Part shown: positions 1 through 10,550 of the stretch, in pieces | Layout of the letters: every line of letters begins with the position of its first letter | How positions within the stretch are numbered: the first letter of the stretch is position 1 | From: Opitutia bacterium | GTDB taxonomy: Bacteria; Verrucomicrobiota; Verrucomicrobiia; Opitutales; T3Sed10-336 | Length of the DNA: 64,000 bases | Assembly: GCA_050506795.1 (NCBI GenBank) | Contig: JBJHCF010000004.1 | Span: 93,811-157,810 of the forward strand | Direction of reading: 5' to 3' | Program-made: the position numbers and the translations under genes | Notes under the pieces: model-generated | What the model was told of the DNA's origin: nothing | The model's database searches: none | What the model saw: only the letters and a program-made list of their open reading frames with translations

Positions 1-1107
1 CCAGCTTCCGGGGGTCTGATGGTGGTCGGCGATGGTTTCCATCAGGTACTCGGTGTCGGGCATATCCCGAATCTCGATACGGTGCTGGGTGCGCGGCACC
101 AGAGCCTGATTGTGATTGCCGGCGAGAGAGCGCTGAAGGTGCTCCAGACCCTGGAGCTTGCGGTCCGAAATGAGGAATACCCGCGTGGGTGTTTCCACGT
201 AGTTTTTGCCGGAATTGATATTGTTTTGGATCTCGCGAAACTTGAATTTGCCGGCCTTGAGGGAGGTTTGAACCACGAAATGCCCGTCCTCCTCGCGGGC
301 GATGCAGGTGATTTTCGCGTCTGTGATCCTCTCGGTGTTTTTCTTGAAGTTTTCGGTGAAGTTGGCCTGGAACTTATTCTCCAACGCGCTCCAATGCTCC
401 GCGAGGAAGTTCAGCACCTTGTGCCGGTCGCGCATCCACCACTTGCGGGAGGAGGGATCAAGCAGAAACTCGTTGCTGCGCAGCAGGGCCAGCGCGTCAG
501 CGTACAGCGGGTGGTCGCGTGAAGGCAGGCTAATGGCCAGGAAATTGCCGGAGCCGTCCACTTCCATGGGAGTGAAACCGGCATTGATGTCCGGCACCGG
601 CTCCACCGGGGCCGAGGGTTGGTCCCCGGCTGCGGGAGGATCTTCCGCCTCCCAAATGTCCTCTTCGTCCTCGTCCTCTTCGTCCTCGTCGGATTCCAGA
701 TATTCGCTGATGCCGTCGAGCCGGGATCCGTCCCAGTCGAGCGGCGTATCCCGGCTGAGACCCAGGAAAAACACCGGTTCGTCCCTCAGTACGTCGATCA
801 ACTTCTTGAGCTGGCTTCGCCGAAGTTTGGATTTTTCCGGCAACTGGTTTTCATTCCAGGTCTCCAGGAGGCGCCCGGCGATGGCGTGCGGCGGCGCCAG
901 GTTATACGGACGACTCCGGTCGAGTTCTTCCGGACTGCAGATGGAACCGTCGGCGAATTCGACCTCCAACTTTAGCGGAATCGCATTGCGCCTGGCTGCC
1001 GAGGCGGGCTTGGCGGGGAGGTGAATCAGGAATCTGATCGGCACCCCTTGCGTTTCCGAAAGGGAAAGAGAGTTCAGTGTAGGAGTTAGCTCGGTGGCTT
1101 GCGGCAT
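1..1107 (-). CDS. N-terminal part of a large protein, probably SNF2/DEAD-box helicase family (truncated by window edge)
   Basis: Manual translation: ATG at 1107, open for 369 codons to position 1 (MPQATELTPTL...DEDEEDEDEED...VDGSGNFLAISLPSRDHPLY...KWWMRDRHKVLNFLAEHW...). Not in ORF track because the stop lies outside. Resembles N-termini of Opitutae SNF2 helicases from memory; helicase motifs are outside the window. Confidence 0.55.
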   Translation of the reverse strand, partial: MPQATELTPTLNSLSLSETQGVPIRFLIHLPAKPASAARRNAIPLKLEVEFADGSICSPEELDRSRPYNLAPPHAIAGRLLETWNENQLPEKSKLRRSQLKKLIDVLRDEPVFFLGLSRDTPLDWDGSRLDGISEYLESDEDEEDEDEEDIWEAEDPPAAGDQPSAPVEPVPDINAGFTPMEVDGSGNFLAISLPSRDHPLYADALALLRSNEFLLDPSSRKWWMRDRHKVLNFLAEHWSALENKFQANFTENFKKNTERITDAKITCIAREEDGHFVVQTSLKAGKFKFREIQNNINSGKNYVETPTRVFLISDRKLQGLEHLQRSLAGNHNQALVPRTQHRIEIRDMPDTEYLMETIADHHQTPGSW

Positions 1108-1495
1108 TTGTTTTGAATTTCCCCATGGGAAAGGATGGGAATTAATGTCCCGATCCTATAATGGGCGAATCATTTACACGGAAAAACCGTCTTCCGAATA
1201 GGAGCTTCATTGGTTCGAAGCGCTGTTCGGATATGTTTGCGATCTCATGAAATAGCAGAAATTAATGTGTTGAAAAGAAGAAAATCAAATGACTTCGCAA
1301 CGATGCGCCTATATGGTTTGAGCGTTTCACTGGCAACAGGTTGAATGCATCATCAAGCAGCATCGGCCTTCGTGTTGCGCGGGAAGCAAAGGGAAATGTG
1401 AGCTGTGAGCAGTCACAAAACCGGGAACGGGTCGTTTTGTGCCGGGAATTGATTTGAGATTTGTCCCCGAGACACGTTTGTCTAGATGTTGAGGT

Positions 1496-3604
1496 ATGAC
1501 AGAATATCCGTTTTTGCAAGAGACTTTCTTAATTTCCTGGTCGAGCCTAACTCCGGATCGGGTGAAGCCGGACATCGAAAAGGCGCTGCGGGAAGCGCGC
1601 GCGCAGCTGGATGAAGTCGCCGGGCAATCCGGCGATGAATTGACTTTCGAGAGCACCTTGCTGGCGTTGGACAAGGCCACGGAGCGCCTGAGCGAGGCAT
1701 GGGGAAGAGTGTCGCATCTCAATTCCGTCTGCGACAGCCCTCCACTGCGTCAGGCCTATAATGAAATGTTGCCGCGGGTTTCGGAGTTTTTTGCCGGGAT
1801 TCCGTTGGATGAAAAGTTGTGGAGGGTGATCCGGCAATTCGCGGAAACCGCGGCGGCCGATTCCCTGACCGGGGTCCGGAGACGTTTTCTGGACGAGACT
1901 CTTGCCGACTTTCGCCAGGCAGGCGCCGACCTGTCCCATGAGGGGAAAAAACGCATGGAAGCGATCGAGAGCGAGCTCTCCGCGCTGACACAAAAATACT
2001 CAGAGAATGTGCTCGACGCCACCAATGCCTGGGAACTGGTGATCGACGACGAGGCGCGCCTGGCCGGCTTGCCCGCCAACGCAAAAGAAGCCGCCCGGCA
2101 TAACGCCCTGACCAAGGGATACGGAAGCGAGGACGAGCCTCGTTGGCGGTTTACCCTGCACATGCCTTCCTACGAACCGTTCATGACCTATCTCGACGAC
2201 GCCGGATTGCGGCGTCAGATGTGGGAGGCGGCCGTGGCGGTGGGCGCCGGTGAGCCTTACGACAATACCGGGCTGATCGATCGAATACTCGCCTTGCGGC
2301 AGGAAAAAGCCCAATTGCTCGGAAAGGACAGTTTTGCCTCGCTCGTGCTGGAACGGCGCATGGCCAGGAGCAGCGAACGGGCACTGGGGTTTGTTGAAGA
2401 CCTGCACCGCCGGTCCCGCGAAATGTTTGCGGACGAAAATCGCGAGTTGGAGGATTTTCACGGCGGGCACGCGCATGAGGCCAGCCTGCCTTTGGAGCCC
2501 TGGGACCTGCTTTACTGGTCGGAGAAACAACGGCGGGCGACTTTTGATTTCGATGAGGAGGATTTGAGGCCCTATTTTCCGATCGACCGGGTTATTCGCG
2601 GTTTGTTCGCCATCGCCGAACGGATTTTCGATATCGCTATCGTGGAGCGCGAGGACACTGTGTTTCACGAGCCGGACGCCGGGAATGAGGCGCCGGCCGA
2701 CGCGGTCGAAGTCTGGCACCCCGAAGTTCGTTTTTACGAGCTGAGGGACCGGAGCAACCGCCATCTGGGGTCCTTTTATGCCGACTGGCACCCGCGTGAA
2801 TCCAAACGGGGAGGCGCCTGGTTCAACCCGCTGGCCACCGGCGGGCCGACTCCGAGTGGCGAGCGGCTGCCGCACCTCGGCGTAATCTGCGGAAATCTCA
2901 CGCCGTCGGTGGCGGGAAAGCCGGCCTTGCTCACCCATCGAGAGGTGGAGACGATTTTCCATGAGTTTGGACACCTGCTTCACCACCTGTTCGGTGAAGT
3001 GGAAATCAAGTCGCTCAACGGGGTCAACGTGCCCTGGGACTTCGTGGAACTCCCTTCGCAAATCATGGAGAATTGGTGTTGGGACCGTGAAAGCCTCGAC
3101 TTTTTCGCGCGGCATCACGAAACCGGCGTTCCCATTCCCGACGACCTTTTTGAGAAAATGTCGGCGGCCCGAAACTACCGTTCGGCCAACGCCACCATGC
3201 GACAGTTGAGCTTTGCCCGACTCGATCTGGAATTGCACGCGCGCTATTCGCGGTATGCGGACAAGGATCTTGATTCAGCCCTCAAGGAGGTGCTGACCGA
3301 TTATCTGCCGCCCACCCGAACGCCGATGCCCACTATCATCCGCCGGTTCGGCCACTTGTTTTCCAGTCCGACAGGATACGCGGCGGGATATTATTCCTAC
3401 AAGTGGTCTGAGGTCCTCGATGCGGACGCCTTCACCCGTTTTCAGACGGAAGGCGTGCTAAATCCCAAAGTGGGCAGGGAATTCGCCGAGAAGATTCTGT
3501 GTAAGGGAAATTCTGAAGATCCGTTGAAACTTTATGTCGATTTTATGGGCCGGGAGCCGGACTTGCTGGCATTGTTGAAACGTGCCGGGTTACTTAAGGA
3601 ATGA
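1496..3604 (+). CDS. prlC: M3 family oligopeptidase A
   Basis: 702 aa; HEFGH zinc motif, KRGGAW, WDFVELPSQIMENW, GYAAGYYSYKWSEVL. Confidence 0.92.
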   Translation: MTEYPFLQETFLISWSSLTPDRVKPDIEKALREARAQLDEVAGQSGDELTFESTLLALDKATERLSEAWGRVSHLNSVCDSPPLRQAYNEMLPRVSEFFAGIPLDEKLWRVIRQFAETAAADSLTGVRRRFLDETLADFRQAGADLSHEGKKRMEAIESELSALTQKYSENVLDATNAWELVIDDEARLAGLPANAKEAARHNALTKGYGSEDEPRWRFTLHMPSYEPFMTYLDDAGLRRQMWEAAVAVGAGEPYDNTGLIDRILALRQEKAQLLGKDSFASLVLERRMARSSERALGFVEDLHRRSREMFADENRELEDFHGGHAHEASLPLEPWDLLYWSEKQRRATFDFDEEDLRPYFPIDRVIRGLFAIAERIFDIAIVEREDTVFHEPDAGNEAPADAVEVWHPEVRFYELRDRSNRHLGSFYADWHPRESKRGGAWFNPLATGGPTPSGERLPHLGVICGNLTPSVAGKPALLTHREVETIFHEFGHLLHHLFGEVEIKSLNGVNVPWDFVELPSQIMENWCWDRESLDFFARHHETGVPIPDDLFEKMSAARNYRSANATMRQLSFARLDLELHARYSRYADKDLDSALKEVLTDYLPPTRTPMPTIIRRFGHLFSSPTGYAAGYYSYKWSEVLDADAFTRFQTEGVLNPKVGREFAEKILCKGNSEDPLKLYVDFMGREPDLLALLKRAGLLKE

Positions 3605-3723
3605 GAGGAGCAAGGACCGCGGCTGAGCCGATTGGATGGGTGGCAGAATCCTGGCCATCCACTTGTCATTGGCCAGGCCGTGGATAGGTTGCCGCTCTTT
3701 TGCCGTGCCGCGGAGCTGTGTTC

Positions 3724-6700
3724 ATGAAAAAACTTATCTACATTGGGGCCGGTTCCCTCCTGATTTTTGTCCTGATTATTCTGTTGCTCCCGCTCTGGTT
3801 GCCCTGGGTCGTCAAGCCGGTGGGGGCACGATTCGGCTTGGAATATGCGGAATACGAAAGGATCGGATATGGGAGATTTGCCCTGCACGATGTCGACTTC
3901 GAGCATGAGGTCGTTTCCTTTTCCGGCGAACGGTTGGAAGGGTACCTGCCGTTGACCTGGATTATCCGCGCCCTGCTGCGGGATACGGAAAACGATTTCG
4001 TCTCACTGGAAAGCTGGCGTCTGGTAGTCGAACCGCCGGAGAAGGTGGAGGTCGAAGAGCCGGCGGAAGTCTATGCCTACAGGATTTTCGAGCTGGTGGA
4101 GGGCATTCTGCCGCACGTGGTTCGCTGGGCGCCCGGAGCTTCCGCCCGCGAAGGTGTGGTGGCGGTGGAGGATCTCGAGATCTCGGTGGAGGAAGTCGTC
4201 TGGGATGCGGGGCGTGTGCACGGGCGGGCGGGCATGCATTTTCTGGATGAGTTTTTTGAGGTGGTGCTGCGCGGGGATGTCAGCGAGCCCGGGCGCGTGG
4301 AGGTCGACGTTGAACTGCATCCCTGGGAAATCGTTCTGGTGGCGAACGCCGCCCGCTCCGAGGAGGATCTGACGTTCGACGCCAATGTTACCTGGCGCGA
4401 CAATGAAGCGGGCTTGTCGGCGCGATTTGGGCCGGAAGATGTATTGCCGGCGGAGGCACTCCTGTGGTCCGAGGCGTTGACCGTTCCGTCGGAGTTGGTG
4501 GGAATGGATGAATATGAAGCATTGGTGGCGACCATCCGGGCCGAGTGGCGCGAGGCGGCTTACGAAGTCGGAATCCGAGCCGAGGCCGTACCCCGTGATC
4601 CGGCATCTCCCTATTCCCGAGTGGAGGCGGATATCCGGGCGGAGGGCGACCTGGATTCGGTCCGCCTGGAGTCGTTTAGCCTGCACACCCCCTTTCTGCG
4701 AGCTGAGCTGAGTGAACCCCTCGAGGTCGACTATCGGGGGCGGTTACTGGGAGAGGGGTCCGTTTTTCAGGTCGAGGGAGACCTTGCCGAGCAGGGTTTT
4801 TTCGAGGCTTCCGGCACCCTCGCCGCGCAATTGACCGTGGCGCCCGGGGCCGCCGATTGGCCCGATGTCGATTTTGTCCTGAACGCGGAGGCCCTGTCGG
4901 CGTTTGCTGTATCGGGTGAATCGTTATCGGTGGAAGGTCGGCTTTTTTGGCCGGAAGCCGTCACTGAGGGTCCTCCCTGGCCGCATGCGAATTACAGCAT
5001 TGTCGTGGGGCGAATCGAAGCCTTTGACCGCGTCGTGGAGGAAGCCACAGCCCAAGGGCGCTTCACCCCGCCGATGGCTGAATTGACTGCGCTGACCGCG
5101 TCCCTGGCGGACGGAACCTCGCTGGAAGGGTTTGTCGATTTCGATGTTGTGGATTTTCGAGTCGGCCGGGGAGAGGTGGTTCTTGATTTGCGGGAAGACG
5201 TGGTGCGGGAGTTTCTTCCGGATGGCGTCGGATTCAGTCAGGCACGGCTCGGGGCCAGGGTTTCCGGCCCCATCCAGACTCTTCGGCATGAGGTCGAATT
5301 TGCGCTCGATTCGCTGCGGGCTCCGGAGATCAAACCGGGTGATCTCACTTTTTCCTGGCGAGGAGAATTTCTGGACTTCGACGAATGGCTCCTCGAGTGG
5401 CGTAATATTGACGACGCGAGCATACAGGCGGGCGGGGTCTTCAGTGGGGCATTGGATCGGGCCGAGCTGGACCTGGGGCGTCTGGTTTTTGCCCTCGGCG
5501 AGGAGACTTTGTTGAATCTGGAGGCGCCCGTGCGATTGGAGGTCATCGAGAGTGAAACGCCGGTCGATCCCAACCTGGAGTCGGCCTTGCAGGAGTGGCG
5601 GGTCGTCCTGAGTGACCTCGTCCTGGAGGGCGGGGAGGAGAGGCTGACCTTGAACGGTCTGCTGGATTGGCCCCGCCAGGGAAGGCTGGAGGTCGGAGTC
5701 GAAGGATTCGGGCCAAGCCTCTTCGGGCATTATTTGAGCCGGGATCTGCCTGATTTTCACCTTGAATATTTGGGACTGGAGTCCTTTTGGAGCGATGGGG
5801 GAGCGTTGCATTTCGATCTGGAGACCCGGCTCAACGGGGAGATACCGGGTGAGGAACGCCTTCGTCTGGAGACCGCGCTTTCAGGAGACGATTCGGGAGT
5901 TCGTGTTAATCGTCTCGAACTTTCCGGTGATGAAGGGAGTGTGTTGACCGCTTCCGGTCATCTTCCGCTGATTCTGTTTCCCGGGCGACCGGACGAGTTG
6001 TGGATCATCGACTACGAGAAGGAGATTCTGCTCGCGGCCGCGTCGGATCCGGACGCCACGCTTTGGGAACGGCTCGACGAGATGACCGGCGTCAGGCTGG
6101 ATACGCCGAGGCTGAGTGCGGATTTGGAGGGAACGCTCCTGCGGCCGCGAGGAGTCGTCGCTTTTAGCGCGGACGGTCTGGAGTATGCCGGTCTGGCGGA
6201 TCAAAGGTTGCCCCAACTGAGCGAGATCGATGTCAGGGCGGTCTTTGATGTGAACGAAGCACGTTTGGAAACCTTCCGGTTCCTGGTGGAGGGTCAGGAA
6301 GTTCGCGCCGAGGCGGTTTGCCCCCTAGGTGGTGAAACCTGGGGGGCCCTGGTGCGCGAGGGACAGGTCCCGGACTGGACGCAGATCGAGGCCTCACTGT
6401 TGATCGATCGGGCCGAGTTGGCTCCGTTCGCGCAGTTCTTTCCGGCATTGCTCAGCCCACAGGGCACACTGAGCGTGGATCTGAGGTTGAGAGGCGATCG
6501 TTTTGAATCGGGTGAAGTGATTCTGGAAGGCGCGGCCACCCGCCCAATAATGCCGGTGGGGTCGATGCAGGATATGCGGGCGCTCATACGCTTCGAGGAT
6601 CGCACCGCGATTCTGGAAGAGTTTTCCGGCAGGCTTGGAGGTGAGCGGGTTCGGGTTGCGGGCCGTCTTTCTCTGCCGGAGAGTCTGGAACCCGACTTCG

Positions 6701-7572
6701 AGCTGACGGTCCGCGGAAACAACCTGCCACTGACTCGCCAGCCCGGACTGGTCATTCGGGGTGACGTTGATCTGGCGATTCGCGGCAACGCGGAGGAAAC
6801 GGCATCAATATCGGGTAATATCAACATGCGCGAGAGTCTGGTGATCACCGAACTGCGCGCCATGGCCCCGGTTTCCGTCGCCACTCCCGAACGAAGGCCC
6901 CCGTTTTTTAGCGTCGATCAGGAGCCCTTCTCCGCCTGGGTGCTCGATATCGATATCGAGGGGGACCGCTTCCTTTCGGTGCGGGCTCCGGGGTTTCGTG
7001 GTCGCTTGTCGGCGAATTTCAATGTCCGCGGGACGCTGCTCGAGCCCCAGGCTATCGGTGAGGTGCAGATCAATTCCGGCGGAGTCCGATTCCCGTTCGC
7101 GACCATGCGTATCAACCAGGGGACAGTGTCATTGAGCCAGGACAATCCCTATCAGCCTCAATTGTTCATCACCGCTTCGACACGCCTTTTTGGATACGAT
7201 CTCCATATGGAACTCAGCGGAACGGCGGATGATCCGTCCCTGGAATTCAGCTCGCATCCTCCGCTGAGTTCGGAAGCGATCCTTTTGATGATTACCGCGG
7301 GCGAACTTCCCCGCGATGAGCTGCAATTCACCGGTCAACAAAAAGCCACCAAGCTTGCCCTTTATATCGCCCAGAACCTGTTCCTGGAGTTCGGCGGTGA
7401 TGATGACGCCGCGGAGCGACTCACCATTCGATCGGGCGAGAATATATCCGAGCAGGGCAGAGAGACCTTTTATCTGGAGTACATGTTCTGGCCCCGGGTC
7501 GGTTTGGTGGGTGAATACGACCGGTTCGATGCGTTCAATGCCGGAATCAAGTGGAGGTTTTTCAGTCGATGA
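3724..7572 (+). CDS. tamB: Translocation/assembly module TamB (DUF490/AsmA-like) protein
   Basis: ~1280 aa beta-rich protein, N-terminal membrane anchor (MKKLIYIGAGSLLIFVLII), DUF490-like C-terminus (LSGTADDPSLEFSSHPPLSSEAILLMI); ATGA overlap with Omp85 gene. Confidence 0.8.
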   Translation: MKKLIYIGAGSLLIFVLIILLLPLWLPWVVKPVGARFGLEYAEYERIGYGRFALHDVDFEHEVVSFSGERLEGYLPLTWIIRALLRDTENDFVSLESWRLVVEPPEKVEVEEPAEVYAYRIFELVEGILPHVVRWAPGASAREGVVAVEDLEISVEEVVWDAGRVHGRAGMHFLDEFFEVVLRGDVSEPGRVEVDVELHPWEIVLVANAARSEEDLTFDANVTWRDNEAGLSARFGPEDVLPAEALLWSEALTVPSELVGMDEYEALVATIRAEWREAAYEVGIRAEAVPRDPASPYSRVEADIRAEGDLDSVRLESFSLHTPFLRAELSEPLEVDYRGRLLGEGSVFQVEGDLAEQGFFEASGTLAAQLTVAPGAADWPDVDFVLNAEALSAFAVSGESLSVEGRLFWPEAVTEGPPWPHANYSIVVGRIEAFDRVVEEATAQGRFTPPMAELTALTASLADGTSLEGFVDFDVVDFRVGRGEVVLDLREDVVREFLPDGVGFSQARLGARVSGPIQTLRHEVEFALDSLRAPEIKPGDLTFSWRGEFLDFDEWLLEWRNIDDASIQAGGVFSGALDRAELDLGRLVFALGEETLLNLEAPVRLEVIESETPVDPNLESALQEWRVVLSDLVLEGGEERLTLNGLLDWPRQGRLEVGVEGFGPSLFGHYLSRDLPDFHLEYLGLESFWSDGGALHFDLETRLNGEIPGEERLRLETALSGDDSGVRVNRLELSGDEGSVLTASGHLPLILFPGRPDELWIIDYEKEILLAAASDPDATLWERLDEMTGVRLDTPRLSADLEGTLLRPRGVVAFSADGLEYAGLADQRLPQLSEIDVRAVFDVNEARLETFRFLVEGQEVRAEAVCPLGGETWGALVREGQVPDWTQIEASLLIDRAELAPFAQFFPALLSPQGTLSVDLRLRGDRFESGEVILEGAATRPIMPVGSMQDMRALIRFEDRTAILEEFSGRLGGERVRVAGRLSLPESLEPDFELTVRGNNLPLTRQPGLVIRGDVDLAIRGNAEETASISGNINMRESLVITELRAMAPVSVATPERRPPFFSVDQEPFSAWVLDIDIEGDRFLSVRAPGFRGRLSANFNVRGTLLEPQAIGEVQINSGGVRFPFATMRINQGTVSLSQDNPYQPQLFITASTRLFGYDLHMELSGTADDPSLEFSSHPPLSSEAILLMITAGELPRDELQFTGQQKATKLALYIAQNLFLEFGGDDDAAERLTIRSGENISEQGRETFYLEYMFWPRVGLVGEYDRFDAFNAGIKWRFFSR

Positions 7573-9668
7573 AAAAACGTTTTTCGATTTTCTTTTTGGC
7601 TCTCATTATCCTGTTGCCGGCGCCGGCTGCGATCGCTGAGGACGAGGGCGATTCGCCTAAATTGAAGGTGAGAGGATACGGGTTCTGGGGAAATCGGGAA
7701 CTTCGCCGGACGATCGAACTTCTGGATACGGAGGAGGAGCGACGATTTTTCGACGCCAACTTTATCGAGGATGCGGTTTTTATCCTCAATTCAAGGGTGC
7801 AGCAGGACGGATACCTGCGGCCCACCATCTCCGCGCGGGTCACGTTGGAGGACGGAACGGTGGAACGTTTTACCTGGACCGACCGGTTGGATACCCTTCT
7901 GCCGCGACCTTTGATGGCCCGGGCCGTGCGGTTCGACATCGACGAAGGGGTGCTCTTTTATTACGATCGGATAGAGTTTGAAGGGTTGACCGTACTCGAC
8001 CGCAGTGAGGCGGAAACCTATTTTGTTCCGTCGGACTTCCTTTTTCGACTTCGGGGAACGCGTGCTTTTACCCCGCGACGTCTGGACAGCAGTATCGGTA
8101 ATCTGCGGGAACTGCTGGTCGGTCGGGGATACGAGAGCGCGCGGGTCACTCTGTTGTCTATGGAGCGTGATGAGGAATCCGGAGCGGTGTCGGTGCGCAT
8201 CGGGGTGGAGGAAGGGAAACAAACGATAATCCGGACTTCGCGCGAGGAGGTGTTTGTCGAAGGTGAGGACGAGCCTTCACAGGTGGTTGACCGTGAGCCG
8301 GGCAGACCGTTTTCGCGCATGTGGGTTCAGGATCGCAGTCTGGATCTGCGCAACAGTTTTTACCGTCAGGGCTATCCTGATGCACGGGTCGAGGTGACAA
8401 CGGTTGCGCGCGAGGAGTTGGATGATCGAGTTGAAGTGGACCTGCTGTTTCAGGTTCGAACCGGTAATAAGATTTATGTTGCCGACGTTGTCTTCGAGGG
8501 GGCGGAGAAAACGAGGGAATCCGTCCTTCGTCGCCGTGTCCGGGCGAGGTCGGGCGACCAGTTGGATCGCCTGGAAATGGATCAGGCGCGTTTTCGGTTG
8601 GCCAGGCTGGGAGTCTTCGATCGGGTCGAAGTTTCCTACGAGGAAGTCGATGAGGAGACCCGCAATGTGCTCTTCCGATTGCGGGAAGGCAAGGAGATTG
8701 ATATCAGTTTGCTCTTTGGTTACGGGAGTTACGAACTGTTGCGGGGCGGTCTGGAGATCGAGCAGTACAACATCTTCGGCCGTGCGCACCGGTCCCGGCT
8801 CATGGCGATTCAATCTTTTAAGGCATCCAGTGCCGATTATCTCTATACCATGCCCGAAGTGTTTGGAGAGGATATCAACGCCTTCGGGCGGGCCAGCGCT
8901 TTGCGACGTGAGGAGATTGATTTTATCCGCACCGAGTACGGCGGCACGGTCGGCCTGCAAAAGTACGCGCCGCGTATCGACAGCGATCTGACCCTGCGTT
9001 ACAGCTATCAGCTGCTTCAGTCGGGGCGTTTTGATCTTGTGGAGGAGGACGGCATCGGGCGTGCGCAGGTGGGGTCGGTCGGCTTTGACGTTCGTCATGA
9101 CGTGCGTGATAACCCGATTTATCCCAGAAGCGGGCACAGCCTCTTTGTGATCACTGAGGCGGCATCGGAGTACTTTCTGGGCGAGGCCAACTATCAGCGC
9201 CTGGAGTTGGGGGCCTCTTGGCACAAGGGAATCGGACGCGGAGCTTACATCAATGCGGGTTTCACCCATGGGGTGGTGCATGCCGATGGAGCGGTGAGCG
9301 AAAACCTGCCCTTCAATAAACGGTTTTTTCCCGGAGGCGACAGTTCCATTCGCGGCTACCAGTTCGGTCAGGCGGCCTCCCGCAATGAGGCGGGGCGTTT
9401 GGCCGGGTCGGAGACCTACGCCTTGCTGAACCTGGAGTTTGAGCAGGTGCTGACTCCTAATTGGTCGGTTGTGCTGTTTTCCGATTCGCTGGCCATTGCC
9501 CGGAGATTTTCCGGATATCCATCGGAGGAGGAGCTCTATTCGATCGGCGCGGGAATCCGCTACAAAACCTTCATCGGACCGATTCGTTTGGAGTATGGGC
9601 ACAATTTGAATCCACGGGATCGGGATCCGTCAGGCACTCTCCACCTTTCGATCGGCTTCCCATTCTAA
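7569..9668 (+). CDS. Omp85 family (BamA/TamA-like) outer membrane protein
   Basis: Signal peptide, POTRA-like repeats, GGDSSIRGY motif, C-terminal GPIRLEYG...HLSIGFPF. Confidence 0.88.
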   Translation: MKKRFSIFFLALIILLPAPAAIAEDEGDSPKLKVRGYGFWGNRELRRTIELLDTEEERRFFDANFIEDAVFILNSRVQQDGYLRPTISARVTLEDGTVERFTWTDRLDTLLPRPLMARAVRFDIDEGVLFYYDRIEFEGLTVLDRSEAETYFVPSDFLFRLRGTRAFTPRRLDSSIGNLRELLVGRGYESARVTLLSMERDEESGAVSVRIGVEEGKQTIIRTSREEVFVEGEDEPSQVVDREPGRPFSRMWVQDRSLDLRNSFYRQGYPDARVEVTTVAREELDDRVEVDLLFQVRTGNKIYVADVVFEGAEKTRESVLRRRVRARSGDQLDRLEMDQARFRLARLGVFDRVEVSYEEVDEETRNVLFRLREGKEIDISLLFGYGSYELLRGGLEIEQYNIFGRAHRSRLMAIQSFKASSADYLYTMPEVFGEDINAFGRASALRREEIDFIRTEYGGTVGLQKYAPRIDSDLTLRYSYQLLQSGRFDLVEEDGIGRAQVGSVGFDVRHDVRDNPIYPRSGHSLFVITEAASEYFLGEANYQRLELGASWHKGIGRGAYINAGFTHGVVHADGAVSENLPFNKRFFPGGDSSIRGYQFGQAASRNEAGRLAGSETYALLNLEFEQVLTPNWSVVLFSDSLAIARRFSGYPSEEELYSIGAGIRYKTFIGPIRLEYGHNLNPRDRDPSGTLHLSIGFPF

Positions 9669-9695
9669 ACGAGGAAAGCCGATCGGCGCCGTCGA

Positions 9696-10361
9696 TCAAC
9701 GCCGAGTCAACATGAAAAGATAAATCAGGTTGGCCAGGCTGCTCACGAAGGCGGCGACGTAGGTCAGGGCGGCGGCGTTCAGAGTCTGGCTCACTCCCGG
9801 CATCTCGTCCGGTCCGATTATTCCGATGGCGACCAGTTCCTTTTTGGCCCGGCGGCTGGCGTCAAACTCGACGGGCAAAGTGACCAACTGGAAAATGGTC
9901 AAGATCAGGTAGACGAAAACCCCGAGCATCAGCAATCCAAGCATGTTGAAGAGGATGCCGCCGATCATGATAAGGGGCAGCATTTGCGCGGAAATATTGG
10001 TGATCGGAACCAGCGCCATGCGCAGCTTGAGCGCTTGATATCCGACCTTGTGCTGAATGGCGTGACCCGCTTCGTGCGCGGCCACCCCGAGGGCGGCCAG
10101 ACTGGTGCCCCGGTAATTCTCACTGCTTAGCACCAATCGTTTGTTGATGGGATCATAATGGTCGGTCAGGTGACCCCCGGTTTCCACGATCTGGACGCCC
10201 GCGACCCCCGCTTTGCGCATCACGGCGTCGGCCGCTTCACGACCGGTGATACCGCCGCGGGAAGGGACTCGAACCCACTTGTTGTAGGTCGACGTCACCT
10301 TGTGCTGAGCGTAGATGCCGAGGATAAAGGTGGGAACAATGAGAATTAAAAAAAGATACAT
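9696..10361 (-). CDS. Membrane neutral zinc metallopeptidase (YugP-like)
   Basis: LTDHYDP, AAHEAGHAIQH, LVTLPVEFDASRRA, LNAAALTYVAA. Confidence 0.88.
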   Translation of the reverse strand: MYLFLILIVPTFILGIYAQHKVTSTYNKWVRVPSRGGITGREAADAVMRKAGVAGVQIVETGGHLTDHYDPINKRLVLSSENYRGTSLAALGVAAHEAGHAIQHKVGYQALKLRMALVPITNISAQMLPLIMIGGILFNMLGLLMLGVFVYLILTIFQLVTLPVEFDASRRAKKELVAIGIIGPDEMPGVSQTLNAAALTYVAAFVSSLANLIYLFMLTRR

Positions 10362-10449
10362 GCCTGCTATAAGTAATGGAAATTAGAATCGGCTTAACGA
10401 TGGAATGGCTCAATGGAAACGAAAAAAAGGATCGGGTTCCCTGAAAACG

Positions 10450-10480
10450 AAGAAAGCCGGGCTTCGCGCCCGGCTTTCTT
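10450..10480. terminator. Bidirectional intrinsic terminator
   Basis: AAGAAAGCCGGGC-TTCGC-GCCCGGCTTTCTT 13-bp stem downstream of the small lipoprotein gene. Confidence 0.75.
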
Positions 10481-10550
10481 TCGGTTAAAGAGACTGTCCC
10501 GACAGCTCATGCTTCATCGGGACGGATGAAACGAATCGATGTCACCTCTC

